Source: Phoronis australis (taxonomy: Eukaryota > Animalia > Phoronida). From it: DNA of 64,000 nucleotides. The notes under the pieces were generated by a model. That model was given only the letters and a program-made list of their open reading frames with translations, searched no databases and was not told the DNA's origin. The position numbers and the translations under genes are program-made. Below are positions 11,252 to 23,914 of this stretch, one piece after another; position 1 is the stretch's first letter, and every line of letters begins with the position of its first letter. The stretch lies in NCBI GenBank assembly GCA_002633005.1, contig NMRA01000214.1:332414-396413 (forward strand), in the 5' to 3' direction.

Positions 11252-14200
11252 GTAGGTGAACTCGTCCCAATTTATTAACTAGAGATTTTTTCCATCATTG
11301 ATGCAGAAAATTACACTTGCTGTGAATATATTGCTTCGTGGGACTACTTGAGTTCTTTAAGACTTTTTGCACCAAGCAGAACGTATCGTGACAACTGTGT
11401 AAGAGCACGTGGTCGAGTTTTCCCTTCACTCCAAACACCAACAACTTGAGTTGACGCCTTCTTCTGTAATGACTTGCTGAGGACACATTGTTTAAAAAGT
11501 CTTTGTTGTTCGCCAAAATCCTTAAAATCACAGCATCGTTTTAACTGCATAGGCACGTCAGAAAAAGCGTACGGTATACTTTCCAAATTTTGGCATGTTT
11601 CAGACTTAAATGTCGCACTGTTTTTTATCTCCCACATTTTCAATGACATAAGACATTAGACCCGTAGCTTAAGTCGCGAGAACAAAAACTTTGACTTAAC
11701 TTAACTTTTGAAGGCACTGAACACAGCGCCCGATGCTTAGTTAAACGCCAAGTCACATTTGGCTAGCTGGTAAAAATCCCAGGTGTCTGAAAAATAAACA
11801 AAGGGTTTTGTAGCATTCCCAACTCACAAGCACTACTCGTGACAATTGTAACTTACTTACGCCACAGATTTTTAACCGGTTAATGCGCATCAGCAAAAAA
11901 TCCCGGCACACAAAAATATTACCAAAAAAACACCAAATTTGACAGTTTTCTCCCCAAAATTGCCACTTCCCTGCAAGTGCTAGGAAAAATTCGACTACAG
12001 ACTTAGAATTCTCGCACTCTCTAGATTTTAAAATTGTGGTCATAGTAGGCCTATGCCCCTTACCAGCTACTTTTTTGGCAATTTTGATCTGTCTGACAGC
12101 CACCTGAAATCGCAGCCGGTTTCTCGGACAGCAGGCGACAGGGGTTGAAAGCAAACGAAAGCTACAGTTTTGCATCAAAAGTAGGTCACAGCTAAAAAAC
12201 TTGGATTTTCTCATTCAAAAACACAAGTAAACCAGTTTCCTGACATTTGTTTTAAACAAATTCCTCGATCAACCAGCCAAACCTGGCATACGCCCGGCGC
12301 ATAAATTCTAGGAAATGCCCTCCGTGGCTGCAACCTAACTGTTCAGTGCCACCTTGCGAACACTTCTCGCCTTACTGAACGCACTGCTGAAGTTATCAGA
12401 CGTTTGCGCATACGATTTGATTGCGAGGACTCGCTATTGCCGCTTTGTCTGTAACACTGGGATGTGTCTAATTTGCGTGCTATGTGGGGACCAATAAGCA
12501 CACGTAGAGACAATAAAAAGTGCACGCCGGCAGTCAATTTCTCTCTTTAATTGTTAGTTTATTTGAAGGACATGTGTATAACCCGGGGATTGTAGAACAT
12601 AATTTAGTTCTTGGAAAACTAACGGTAAAACGATCGACCAACAGTAAATTACAGTTTTGTAGTTTGATATAGGGCCAAAATTCCGTTTGTTTAAAGACGG
12701 GCTAATTCGATTCAGTTTTCGCTTGCTATGTTTACAGGAAACGCTGCCGGAAATGGGCTCTGCCTACATGGGGTAAATGTCGCCACCACAGGATTTCCAA
12801 GTGGGTATACGCTTGGTGTTATCGGCTTCAGAAAAGTGTATGGCTCAAGATTAGGGTTCTGCGTTGCGCCTGTGGCTAACAAATGAACAGCCGGCCTCTC
12901 AATGGACGTATATAAGCGGGAGCGAGTATACTCATTTGTGCAATTTGTAAAAGAACAAAAACTTTCAGTGAATAATACAAGTGTTACTTTCCCTTGCCTC
13001 TAAATTGTTTTGGTCAACAACGGCCAGGTATTAGCGATACAGATGTATTTCTCATTTGTTTGAATAAAAGGTGCAAATCACTCACCGGAAATTTTACTTG
13101 TTGATGTTGGTTGTATTTTAAAAGGGTAAAAAAGGATACCACAACGAGTTTTGGCCTATAAACAGCAAACTCAAAGTCTGCCAAACAGGCAAGCATGATC
13201 TACGCTTTCAGCGAACTACATGGAAACTGTGGTAAAAGACCACCCACCGAGGACCATCGCGTCCATTCTGTGACTTAGGAAGTGTGCGTTTTTAGTTGAT
13301 TCCATTCTTTCACTTGGAAGTTTGACGCCAATTGCGCATCGGCAGGTGACAGAACGAGAACTGGTGGAAATAATCAAAACAAGGTTTAGTATTTGTCGTT
13401 GGATTTCTTTGCCTTATTAAAATCGCGTCAATTATCTAAAAGATGAATTTTATTGTATCGCCGTCTTAATAAGCTAGGCCGGGTATCTTAACAGGTCAAA
13501 ATGTAGTGGAATATCTTTAATTTGGCAATCACCCGAGTATTTAAAGGGGCACAACTGGCTTAAGGCCGAAAAACACGGCATTCCTTATATTATTGAAGTT
13601 ATCAGCTTTCAGTGATTAGGGGCTCGAATCACAAAACAGCTTAAGTTAAAATAGAAAACACAACTCAAGAAATAAATAAGTACAATTTAATTACGTTCCA
13701 CAAAACATTTGTCGAGCTATAAAACAACAAACTCCGTTGTATTTTTGTGAATTTATTAAAAATCTCCAATATTCGCCGTTGGCTGCCAGTCATTCGATAA
13801 AATCCAATGTTATGGCTTTATCGATTATATTGCGGTTTCAATACTCGTCTCCTCGGAGTAGGTATTATTTTCGCCAGTAAAGTGATGATCTGCAACTGTT
13901 GAGACCCCCGGTGAGTTCGAATCCGTCTAAAGGACGCTCATTTTCAATAAGAAACAAATTTCACGCCGATTATGTCACTAAAAAGTACAATTGAACGACC
14001 TTTTTGACGTCAACCGTCTCTCAGAGACCGGCAAATTGTCCGGTCTGAGACCAAGCTTTAACTTGGTCCTCATGGATATGCTTCAACGCGATATACGAAC
14101 TGACGTGTATCAACTCACGCTTACGGCATTGACTATCACGTCTGCCGCGCGTTCAGTTGACATCAAAACAAGTAAAACTCCATTTCATCGAAATGCTTTA

Positions 14201-14261
14201 CCTCTATCAATTCGTTTCCAAAAAACAAAGTTGTTCCTCGCAGAGCGAATCCAAGCGTTCA

Positions 14262-14366
14262 ATGGAAGTGAGTAATCTAGCTTTTCACGACAGCATAATC
14301 CGCAACGATGTTCGCTCTTGCAGGCGACTGATCGCAAATGGAATCGATGTTAACTCCCCCTTAAAG
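14262..14366 (+). CDS. Ankyrin repeat and SOCS box (ASB-type) protein, coding exon 1
   Basis: MEVSNLAFHDSIIRNDVRSCRRLIANGIDVNSPLK is an ankyrin half-repeat. Donor AAG|gtaaaa in phase 0. An acceptor-like ttgttcctcgcag at 14231-14243 suggests an upstream exon. Confidence 0.8.
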
Positions 14367-15104
14367 GTAAAATATTTCTCACTCTTAACCATCAATTTAC
14401 CCCAATTAAGGGATAAGTTTTCAATTAGAAAACTAAATAGTTCGCGATTCGACTCATGTCCAGCTACTAGGAAATCTGTACTGAAACACCGACTCGTGAA
14501 TGGAACAGTGAGTTTTCCTTCCAGAGATGTGAAACAGTACTAAGTTCTTCGGTAACTAATTTTCGGGATCCTGCCAGCTGACGTATACAGGAGCAAGTGG
14601 TTGGGCATAGCCGCCTTGCAAGTATTCGTTTGCTGCTCTTCGCACAAGCCGACAGGCGAATTTCCCGTTGACTCATTCATAACCATATACAAGTTGTGAG
14701 TGTCGTCAGTCGTGATCGAGGAAACGGATAATAAACTCAAGTGTCTGCCCTTCATGGCTGATCGATCAACTTGCAACAACTCACCGCTGGTGTCACTTTG
14801 ATCGTACCAAATAGTCGTAGTAATAATCTTCATTTAATAGTAATTTTTATTAATAGTATTATCCGACAATATTTAAAAAACTACAAAAACTTATACTATA
14901 AGCTAATTATACAGTACAGATAAAATACAGATTGAGAACTCTAACATAAATACAAATGCACGTGTATATGTTATGGGGTCCGTGGACATCTGCAGCATTT
15001 CTCACAGTAACATTTCACAAGAGAAAAAATCATCACCAAGTGTAGCAAATTCATTTAAGGCAGCTGTTCACTTTTTACTATTCTTTCAAGTTGCTGGCGC
15101 ATGA

Positions 15105-15590
15105 ATATAATCGACTTGCAATTATTCATCGCCAGCGCCTAGGCATTCTCGATTTGCACTTATTCATTTACAACAATTCGTCGCCAGCGCCTAGGCATAT
15201 TCGATTTCAGTATATTCCTGACGCACTTGATGATAAAAAGTGGGTCTTTTTCAAAAAGTTGTTCCCAACAGACATAACATGAAAAAGAAACCCCAAGGGC
15301 AATCGAAATAAGAACAGAGTCATGTTTTCCCTGACTGTCTGTAAGTTGACAAGAATCGTGCATTTTTGAAAGACTGTTGTGTTTTAAAAGATGCGCCCTG
15401 GGGGCGCACCTGCGCCTTTTTATTTTTTGATGCGCTAATGGCGTAAAGGCGCAGTCCGAGAATATCCTTGCGATTTGGCACTTATTCATTTGCAACTATT
15501 CATTGTCAGCGCATAGGCATACTTGACTCGTAACTATTCATTTGCAACGACTGGTGCCTGAGTATAATCGATTTGCAACTATTCACTAGT
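15105..15590. repeat. Degenerate ~52-bp minisatellite in the ASB intron, split by a MITE
   Basis: Unit attcatcgccagcgcctaggcattctcgatttgcacttattcatttacaaca at 15124 and 15176, resuming after 15471. Confidence 0.65.
15208..15470. mobile_element. MITE with 6-bp TSD CGATTT
   Basis: CAGTATATTC...GAATATCCTTG imperfect TIR; CGATTT at 15202-15207 and 15471-15476; interrupts the minisatellite cleanly. Confidence 0.65.
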
Positions 15591-17381
15591 TACAGGGAGA
15601 TTTTTGGGGGAGGGGGAACAAAGAGAGCTCGCATCCCTCTTCCGCTTTGGACAAGACGATAAAAACGTCAACTGCATACCACTTTTAGGGTTTTATAAAA
15701 TAATGGTCTCCCTTGTGATATCCTATATTTCCCATGGCTCAAAACTTACCATTCATAACTACTACCCGAGCGTAGTCGACTGGTATTTATTTATTTGCAA
15801 CCATACACTAGAGCATAGTCGACTAACACCTAGTATTCGATTGCAGCCAGGGTCTAAGCCATTTTAAAGAGTGGCATTGTCGGCGAGAAACTGCAGATTC
15901 GAAATGGGAACTTTCACGTTCGCAGACAGTAGAGCATTTAACTGGTAGTCCTCCACCTTTATTTCAGAGAATCTCTGGCTGACACCGGGAATAATTCATT
16001 GACAATTTGCAATAAAACCACACAAACACAACGGATTGCATGGTTTTATAGCTGTGGCCTAAGCTATAACTTCAAAGAGACCATCCCAACAAATAATAAA
16101 ATTGTGTATTTCGGTCGTAAAAACAATAATGTCCCTTTCAAATGACGAGTTTCACCTTTGACCTGGGTTGAGTTCAATAGCAGTTTCGCGGCTAGAAAAA
16201 AATCTAGCCAAAATCACGTGCCCTCATTGAAAATACACGGAAATGTCTCGCGTAATCTCGCGAAGTCTTGTTTTTCTAGCGAGGACCTAGCGAGGTGCTA
16301 GGGTAACTGAACTCTAACCAGATCTGTTCAACATTACGCAGTTCAACTACAAAGTGACAGCGGCTGAAAGACGTTTGATATCGAAAGACCTGTTGGCACT
16401 GCCGCTTCACGTCGCCTGCATCTACCGGCGCCCTAGAATTGTGAAGTTGCTCTTGACCTTCGGAGCGGATCCGAACAAAAAGGTAAACCACTGGTTTCAG
16501 TGAAACAAACAACACACCATTCCAGCACCAAACATCAATAGCACGCAACTTTAAGTTTTCAGGCAGTCCGACTACAAGTCGGCCATTCCTGGGAGGCGAG
16601 GGACGAACACAAAAGCGTAGGGAACATCCGGGTATTTTCACAAAAACACTAATTTGAGGCTACGAAAACAGATATATAACTGTTACAACTATTGACGAAA
16701 ATACCAGAGATGCTCCGGATGACACAAAAGAGGAAAGCCTACTACACGCAGTTGCTTTCTGAACACCTCAGGTACTTCCATAGCCTCAAATTTCTCACCC
16801 CGGAGGAAAATTGAGGCTACGAAAGTAGCCGGAACATACGGGCCTACAAACTGAAACTGTCGAGCATGGTATGTAATGGAAGTACACTGCAAGCGATGTT
16901 CCTGGCAGAAAGGACCGACTTTACACAGCAATACGTAGTAGGATAAGAGGAAATTTACGAAATTGAACTCACAAGGATTTGTCTTAGAAGTAGCCTACTG
17001 CGCGTTCTTCAGGTGAATGTCAGGCACTAATAAGCCACTAGAAAGGCGACCAAAACAGGCGGCTGTGGAGTGCACGCCCGGTGCCACGCCTAATCCCATT
17101 GAAGCTAGAGGTTTAATCTCAGAAAAATGACCAGTTTTCCCGCCAAGGGTTCCCTGCTTTCTAAAAGTCCCAGGCCTACGAAGGCGTGCTTTTTCCAACT
17201 ATACAAAATATGGGGGGAAGGTTTCACGGGTTATATTTTTGACGTCACAGGTGTCGCATTTTGAGCTTTACAGAATTAACCCCTGCAAAAGGGTCATCCT
17301 GGGAATGCGCCCCAGTCAAAACTATAGTAAGCCTGCACCCGGGAGTCCACGACAATTTCTGTCATTCTTTATTCATCACAG

Positions 17382-18413
17382 GACTACCTTGGGCGAACTC
17401 CGTTGCAGCTTCTAATAACCTATTGGCCACGACTCCAGTTCAAAAACCGCACGCGACATCTCCCAGAAGAAGAGAGAAGTTTCCATCTGTATTTAAAAAA
17501 ACAACACGGCATGTGTTTATCGTGCTTGAAGTCTCTTTGCAGTGGCGGAAGTGACGTCAACACCGTGTTAAATGAGGAGGATCAATGCGCGTCCCACTTG
17601 GTGGCAAAATACAACATCGCGAACAGCTTGACGATTCTTCACCGCTTCGGCGCCAAATTCGACTGTAAGGACAGGCAGTGTCAGACTCCATTAATAATCT
17701 GCTGCAAGAAAGGCAATTTCGAGACGGCAGCAGAAATTCTCAACTACCCTTGCGACGTGAACGCGCAGGATGGAACGTTTGCAACGTCATTACATTACGC
17801 AGTAGGTACTGATACGTCAGAAAATGCCGTCAACGTACGACGATTGCTACACAATGGCGCCAAGCCCAACATCAGAAACATCGACGGCAATACACCGCTC
17901 CATCTGGTGGCTAGCTTAGGCAATGGCGCAGTTATCGACGCACTTCTGTCTCGCGGCGCCAAAGTAGACGTGTTGAACCAATTCCTACAAACTCCAATAT
18001 TTCTTTTCTTGAACAACGAAGCAAACGCCGTTGACTCACTCTGTTTAGTTAGTTTACTCAATGCAGCGACTGACTTCAGAATTTTAGACGTGGAAGGTCG
18101 ACTTCCGGCTATTTTGGAAAATCATAAATGGAAGAATCTAAGGAACGAACTCCGTTTCTTGTCCGAGCAGCCTGTTCCGCTGAAACGAATCTGTCGAGAT
18201 ATAATCCGAAAGCGATTGCACATTTACAAACCGTCCATCTCCGATTGCCGGAACGTCTACAGACTGCCCGTATCGAACATTCTTCGTAACTATCTGCTTT
18301 TCAATAAGAATGAGTTTGAATCCGTGCTATTAAGTTGTCGAACTGACTCACAAACGACTGCACCCAAACTCCCGTTAAAGACTACTTGTTCGGAAGCCAG
18401 TATCCACAAGTGA
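17382..18413 (+). CDS. Ankyrin repeat and SOCS box (ASB-type) protein, coding exon 2
   Basis: Acceptor ttcatcacag|GAC in phase 0 gives ...DVNSPLK-DYLGRTPLQLL. Several ankyrin repeats (QTPLIIC, ATSLHYA, GNTPLHLVA, QTPIFL) and a SOCS box (PVPLKRICRDIIRKRL...LPVSNILRNYLLF). Spliced product about 378 aa. Confidence 0.92.
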   Translation, partial: DYLGRTPLQLLITYWPRLQFKNRTRHLPEEERSFHLYLKKQHGMCLSCLKSLCSGGSDVNTVLNEEDQCASHLVAKYNIANSLTILHRFGAKFDCKDRQCQTPLIICCKKGNFETAAEILNYPCDVNAQDGTFATSLHYAVGTDTSENAVNVRRLLHNGAKPNIRNIDGNTPLHLVASLGNGAVIDALLSRGAKVDVLNQFLQTPIFLFLNNEANAVDSLCLVSLLNAATDFRILDVEGRLPAILENHKWKNLRNELRFLSEQPVPLKRICRDIIRKRLHIYKPSISDCRNVYRLPVSNILRNYLLFNKNEFESVLLSCRTDSQTTAPKLPLKTTCSEASIHK

Positions 18414-19948
18414 AAGTGTCGAATTAAAACCGATTTTGCTTGTAATGAAATGACGTTATTGTAATTCTATTCAAAAAAAGTTAAGTTAACAAAACGTTAT
18501 TATGTTCGTGCCCCAGTGTTTTTCTTAATGTCTGAGAGCATGCTTTAGTAACTATGAGCATTTTTTCGTGTGCAGATGTTATACTTTATCCATTTATACT
18601 TTTTTAGATGTGCATTTAGCTAATATATTTGGTTCTCAATAAGCGTTCAAGATTTCGCGAAGCAGCGAATTTTTGACAAATCCGAAGTCTCCTAATTTTT
18701 AATTGTTCACGTATTTCTCAATGTAAAACCAGTCCAAGAATGCACCCCACGCTCCACCCGGCTTTCGTTAGACCACACCATCGGGCGCACTGCACTTCAA
18801 CAAACTGCAGTGTAAACTACCTGCTTAGTTTTTGCTGTCAGTTGCGGTCTACCTCAAGTACAAACTCTCGCGGAATTACTAAATGTATTCGAGGCCAGGG
18901 AGTGCACCTGAAAAAAACTAAGCCATCCACCCTTTTAGCGTTCGGAGACCTACACCAAGGATATATTTGCAAAAGGTTTCTTCTAAAACGTCATGCTTTT
19001 TAGACTTTTTCCAGTGGCAACACCGTTGTCCCCTAGAACACCTTTAGTGACCCTTTTGTTGGAAATTAAATCGGAAAACACATGAAAGGAAATTTTCAAA
19101 TGCAAATGAAAAAATCACGTACCCCTCCGTAAGGAGCGAGAAAAAATTCCCCTTCTCAGCGACATGTCCCGCATGCCCATTTTATGGTAGTAACCAAGGA
19201 CACATTGCCTTCTACGAGAGTACCTCCCTCCGATAAAACACGAAATGGCATTGCTACCTTTTCTGGTCCCGTCTATCAGTAAAAAAGTCTCTTGAAAACT
19301 ACGTCTTTTGGAAAGAATGTGTTGCGAAATACAATTTTGGTCGGCAAAAAACAGGTACTTTCTGTTCAGTCATAAATTTAATAAACTGCGGAGAGTGCCA
19401 ACTATAACAAAAGTAAACGGATACTCATTATGTGATTTATTAAAGAGGCATTTTCATATGTGCCATCAACCAAATCCACAGGATCTTGAGTTAAGAGGGG
19501 CCTGGGCAGAGGATCAGCCAGGATTTTGCACGTCAGACATTCGCACCCCCCAAGTGCCCCATATGAAATCAGCCACTGCAATACGCAAATTATTAACGAA
19601 ACGTGTATCAAAACATTCCATATGAAGGTAGAAAACTGTTTCCATCCCCAAACGAGGCACCCATCGTATCTACAAGTAAAGAGTGACAAAAAGCCATCAG
19701 CATTGACAGAGCTGATCAACCCTCTCAATGGATGGTCTAACCATAGATACTCGCCAAGTCTATCTATAGTCTATGGTCTAACAAGGAGAATTTTGAGGCT
19801 GGGGACCGAGGTCTAATCTTTGTACTCAAAATCGAAAATATTTTTGCCAAGTCATTTCCTGTTCTATTTTTGTGGGAATTCAAGATAAGTGCCTGTTATT
19901 CTGTGCTGGAGTACTAAATGGTTAATGCATTCAAGATTCTACTACAAA

Positions 19949-20041
19949 TTTGCCCTTGATGACCCCGATATTGAGTAAAAACTCGAAATTTCGAATTCAG
20001 ACTTAACTTTTAGCCTTAATGCTGGGGTCATCAAGTGCAAA
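19949..20041. repeat. Short inverted repeat (17/18 match), probably a small MITE
   Basis: tttgcccttgatgacccc (19949-19966) pairs with ggggtcatcaagtgcaaa (20024-20041). Confidence 0.6.
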
Positions 20042-20164
20042 CTAGGGTTAGAAAGTCATCCAGTCCTAGTAACTTCCACGGATATTTAAGTGTTCACTTG
20101 TGCCATTTACTACAATTCACACGCATTTGAAACGCATTTGGTGTCGCCTTTTCAAACGAAATAC

Positions 20165-20201
20165 CACACAATAACACACACTCTGACTTCAATTTTTTAT
20201 T
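20165..20201 (-). terminator. Candidate poly(A) signal and GU-rich downstream element of ZNF608
   Basis: On - strand, AATAAA at 20201-20196 is followed about 15-35 nt later by gtgtgtgttattgtgtgg; implies a 3' UTR of about 2 kb. Confidence 0.55.
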
Positions 20202-20427
20202 TCAAACAAAGAAAAATAAGAGGTACAATTCGGAGCACTCCGCTTTGTTCATTCCATACTCCTAGAACACTCTATCTTAACATTACAAACGCCAGGTATC
20301 CCTCAAACAACCTTCAGAGTTTTGGTCAGTAGATAAATAACAGAGTTGGTGTACAAATTTCGTGGTTCCTTTGACTTCTTATACAAAAACAGGCACATGT
20401 TAAACACATAAAGCAAAGTCAAAGAAT

Positions 20428-20509
20428 GGACAATCGCAGCACAAATGAAAAAGTTCATAACTGACTCCACAAATCAATACAAACTTTTTCATTTGTGCGG
20501 CGATTGTCC
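20428..20509 (-). other. Long near-perfect hairpin in the predicted ZNF608 3' UTR
   Basis: 20428-20455 and 20482-20509 are reverse complements at 27/28 positions. Confidence 0.75.
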
Positions 20510-22177
20510 TTTTTTGATCCTATTATGGCCAAAAACTGATGTAATATAAAGCAAACTGTATTGGCCACATTATTGGCCAGTTTTCTTGGACAGCCTTCTC
20601 GTAAAAATCTGATTATTGCATGGTGTATGATTAGCTTTCAACTTCCAAAGTTTACTGGTTGGAGACTTTTGTGACAAACGGAAGTAACGAGACAAAAAAC
20701 CCTGACATTGCCGTCACGCTGGTGGGCTGGGTGCCAGACAAATGAATCCTGGTACTCACCATCCATCATGGCGGTGAATGACAAACAATTAACGGGAAAC
20801 TTAACACGACAGAAACCCTATTCTATAACGACAGGTCATTCTCGGTCATCAGTGTATGTAACAAGGAAATGGCATTTTGGTTTAATTGCCTATGACGTGT
20901 ATCTTTCTTCACACACTGAAATCAAATTCTGAACGTCCGTGGCTTTCACCAACATTGCCCCCACAGATCTAAACAACACGATCAATCCCATAATACATGG
21001 ATCACGCGAGGTGCCCAGATCCCAACAAACTGACAAAACGCAACGGCGGGTAATCGAGACTACCTTCTAAACCTGTCAAAAAGAAATCTGTAGAAAAATA
21101 TCAATTACATTGCACCCGATAATCACCATGATAGAAAAATAATAGCTCTGTTTGATTTCATCTATCAAAACCTAAATTTGTATCTTACACTACTACATTT
21201 TATACAGTACATTAGCCCTCAACACAAGAGACTGGACTAAAGTTCTCTAAAACTACAGCCTTCCAATCTGCCTCACATTCACAGCAGACAATACTTCGAT
21301 TAAGGAACGATTCTCGCACAAATCACCAAAGTATTAAAACCTCAGAAATGAATCCATATTGCTGACCACATCAGCGTCCAGAATCCAATATCTGAAGTCC
21401 AACTCTAGCTCGAACTTAGTATGGACATTTTCTGCTCTAACTTCAAACAGGAATTCAAGTTCGACGATTCGATTTTGGGCCCTGGCACACATCTTACGCA
21501 ACCTAGCTAAAACAAGTCTTCATAGGAGCAAACTCTAACAAAATGCACATGACCCCTGATTCCCAGAAAGTTGAGGCTCTTCCTTGTTCAACATCTCCAA
21601 CCAATATCTTTCCGTGTTGACCTCCAGTTATATAATTAAACCAGCGTGGAGTCCCCGCTATGACTGAACAGAACTGACAGGAACACCAATCTTCCAGCAT
21701 GACAACGCATGAAGGTATACACCATATCACGATATACTGCCTCCAACAAGCGTGAACATCAACACTGTATCCTGATATGCTCCAAAGCTTGATGTCCACA
21801 ATGAAACAGTAGTTTATGCGGCGAATAACAAAAATTGAAATGACATGGAATTCCATGTCGCAATCCAAATTCAGCACCATAACCTGCACTGAAGGAGAAT
21901 TCATCGGAAATTTAAAATGGCAGAAATGCCAGTTTGTAATCAGACATTCGCCACAATGACGGGTCATTGACAGCCATTTCGGCAGTGAACGGTATTAGCC
22001 ACCTTGATGGGAAATAGCACTTGTCCTGACCCCTTTTGGCATGTACTACAAATGTTCATTGTCACACTTCTCTCCAGGGCCCTACACATCCGCTATCCTC
22101 AGTCTGTCGCTATTCTCACGTCCAGGCAATTAGTGGCAACTTCGCACTAAAATATTTGAGAAAGCACGCTGCAAACA

Positions 22178-22221
22178 TCATGGCTTCGGTCCAAATGGCA
22201 TACTCGGCTGGCCAGTTAGCA
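22178..22221 (-). CDS. ZNF608: ZNF608/609 (scribbler/brakeless) orthologue, predicted last coding exon 7
   Basis: Acceptor tcttttttacag in phase 1 fits the donor at 22712; gives (M)LTGQPSMPFGPKP*. Supported by splice signals only. Confidence 0.6.
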
Positions 22222-22334
22222 CTGTAAAAAAGATAGCAAGCAAATGTCTAAAGACAAGCACGAGTGAATAATTTCCACTTGCACAAGCTGTAATTGGAAT
22301 AAATCGACTGGCATAAGTCACAGAGGTCCTGCAT

Positions 22335-22386
22335 TTTGAGAACCAGTTTTCTCCACTGAATAACAGGTACCAAACTGGTTCTCAAA
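22335..22386. repeat. Perfect 15-bp inverted repeat (mini-MITE core) in the last ZNF608 intron
   Basis: tttgagaaccagttt (22335-22349) and aaactggttctcaaa (22372-22386). Confidence 0.6.
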
Positions 22387-22711
22387 CCTGGGGCCCTGTT
22401 AAACTATTGCCAAAATATCTTCCATAAGAAAAAAACTTTTGATTTATACTCAAAATTATGTAACCGCCTCAAATAGGTCTTTAGCCAAAATAGATGCAAT
22501 TTCTGCGCTTTGAAAGATAGCTTATTATTTAGATAGTTAATTATTTGAGACTAGACTCTCCAATTAGAAGGGGGAACTATATTTTGCCCAATCACTTTTG
22601 CCATGCAGCAATTATTTTACAAACAAAATAAGTACGTAGTCCACATCAAGTGATTCAAAGGTACTGCGTACGGCAGAACACAACATGCTTTACAATCAAG
22701 TTAGTACTTAC

Positions 22712-23784
22712 TGTAGGGGTCAGCGTAGAGGGGATAGGCCACGTGAGTATGATGATGAGTATGTAGATGGCGCTGAGCAGGTGGAGATGATGAATCCCGC
22801 CGTTTCTCAAATGGTGATCCCGTCGAGCTATCTGTAGTCGACGACGATGACTTCTCCCCAGTCGATGTTACTGGAGATTTAGCCTGCTCTTTGAGTTCAT
22901 GAATCTTGTGCTGACCGGCTGGTGAGAAGTAGGCGGGGTCAAGTGACTTAGCACCAGCCAGCATGGCCGTGGCTTTATCCTTTTCCGCTTCCATCGGCGA
23001 CACGTGATAGCGCATCTGACTGGGATGAATGTAGCCAGCGGGGTTGTATCCCATGAGTGTTGGCGCACGATACATAGGATGGCCAACGTCAAAGGGCGCA
23101 TAGTGGTAAGGGTTGGCAGCTGCAAAAACAGGGAATGCCGCGGCTGGCGACTGTTGACTAGCTATGCTCTGCATGCCGGGTGGGCTCCGTGCACTCTTGG
23201 GTGTGTCCGCGCGCGACACAGGCTTTCCCGCCAGTGGAGTCGCCGACTTCTGCCTATCCTGTCGTTTCACTGGATCTGGCGATGACTTGTCCGATCTCGC
23301 TTCTTCCCTTCGCAGCTTATTGGGACTGGCCCGTGGGCTCCGTTCATGTGCTATGCTGCCGAGCGTGGCCGACGCGCTCACTTTGGGCTTGCTGTCGTCG
23401 ATGGGCTTCAACTCGGGAACATTCCGCGGTGCACTGCCACCGGCACCATCGGGTCGAGATGGTTGTTTGCTAGAGTCATGCACCTTCTTCTGTTCTAGCA
23501 TCTGCTGCCGCTGGAACATGTAGAATCTCTGGAGATCTTCCTCCTGTTTCTTCACCAACTGGGCGGTGTCGTACGGATCCATCGGCTTGGACAGGCTGCC
23601 AGTGGCAACACTCGCCGCTGACTCCACCTGGGACTTAAGCTCTATGTTCTCCCGCATAATCTGATGGCTCTCGCGTAATTTCTCCTGCATGCTGCGCTCC
23701 GTCCTATTGCGCTCTAACGAGGACGGCTGTGACGTTGGCGTTTTGTCGCTGCTGGTTTTACGGCCATCATCGGAACAAGTAGGC
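22712..23784 (-). CDS. ZNF608: ZNF608/609 orthologue, coding exon 6
   Basis: Acceptor tttcag (phase 2) and donor A|gtaagt. Contains HQIMRENIELK, HKIHELKE and the family C-terminal PPAQRHLHTHHHTHV motif. Confidence 0.9.
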
Positions 23785-23914
23785 CTGAAACGGATATAGC
23801 CGATTGTTTAGGAAAGCGGACAATTACTGCTAGTGAAAGACACAGGTCTTCACCATTTCACCTAACAAGAGCAACATTGCCGTAAACAGTGCTTTATGAA
23901 TTGTGTGGATATCA

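Noticed and set aside
11753-12290. 153-aa minus-strand ORF
   Set aside because: No domain and no splice support; lies in a repeat-like segment with weak inverted ends and no TSD.
13870-13945. tRNA gene (gagttcgaatcc B box)
   Set aside because: No cloverleaf or acceptor stem; at most a decayed SINE head.
22701-22711. ZNF608 ending at ...PYSKY* as in the ORF track
   Set aside because: The last codons overlap a consensus gtaagt donor and a compatible terminal exon exists at 22221-22178; intron retention is not excluded but has no support.
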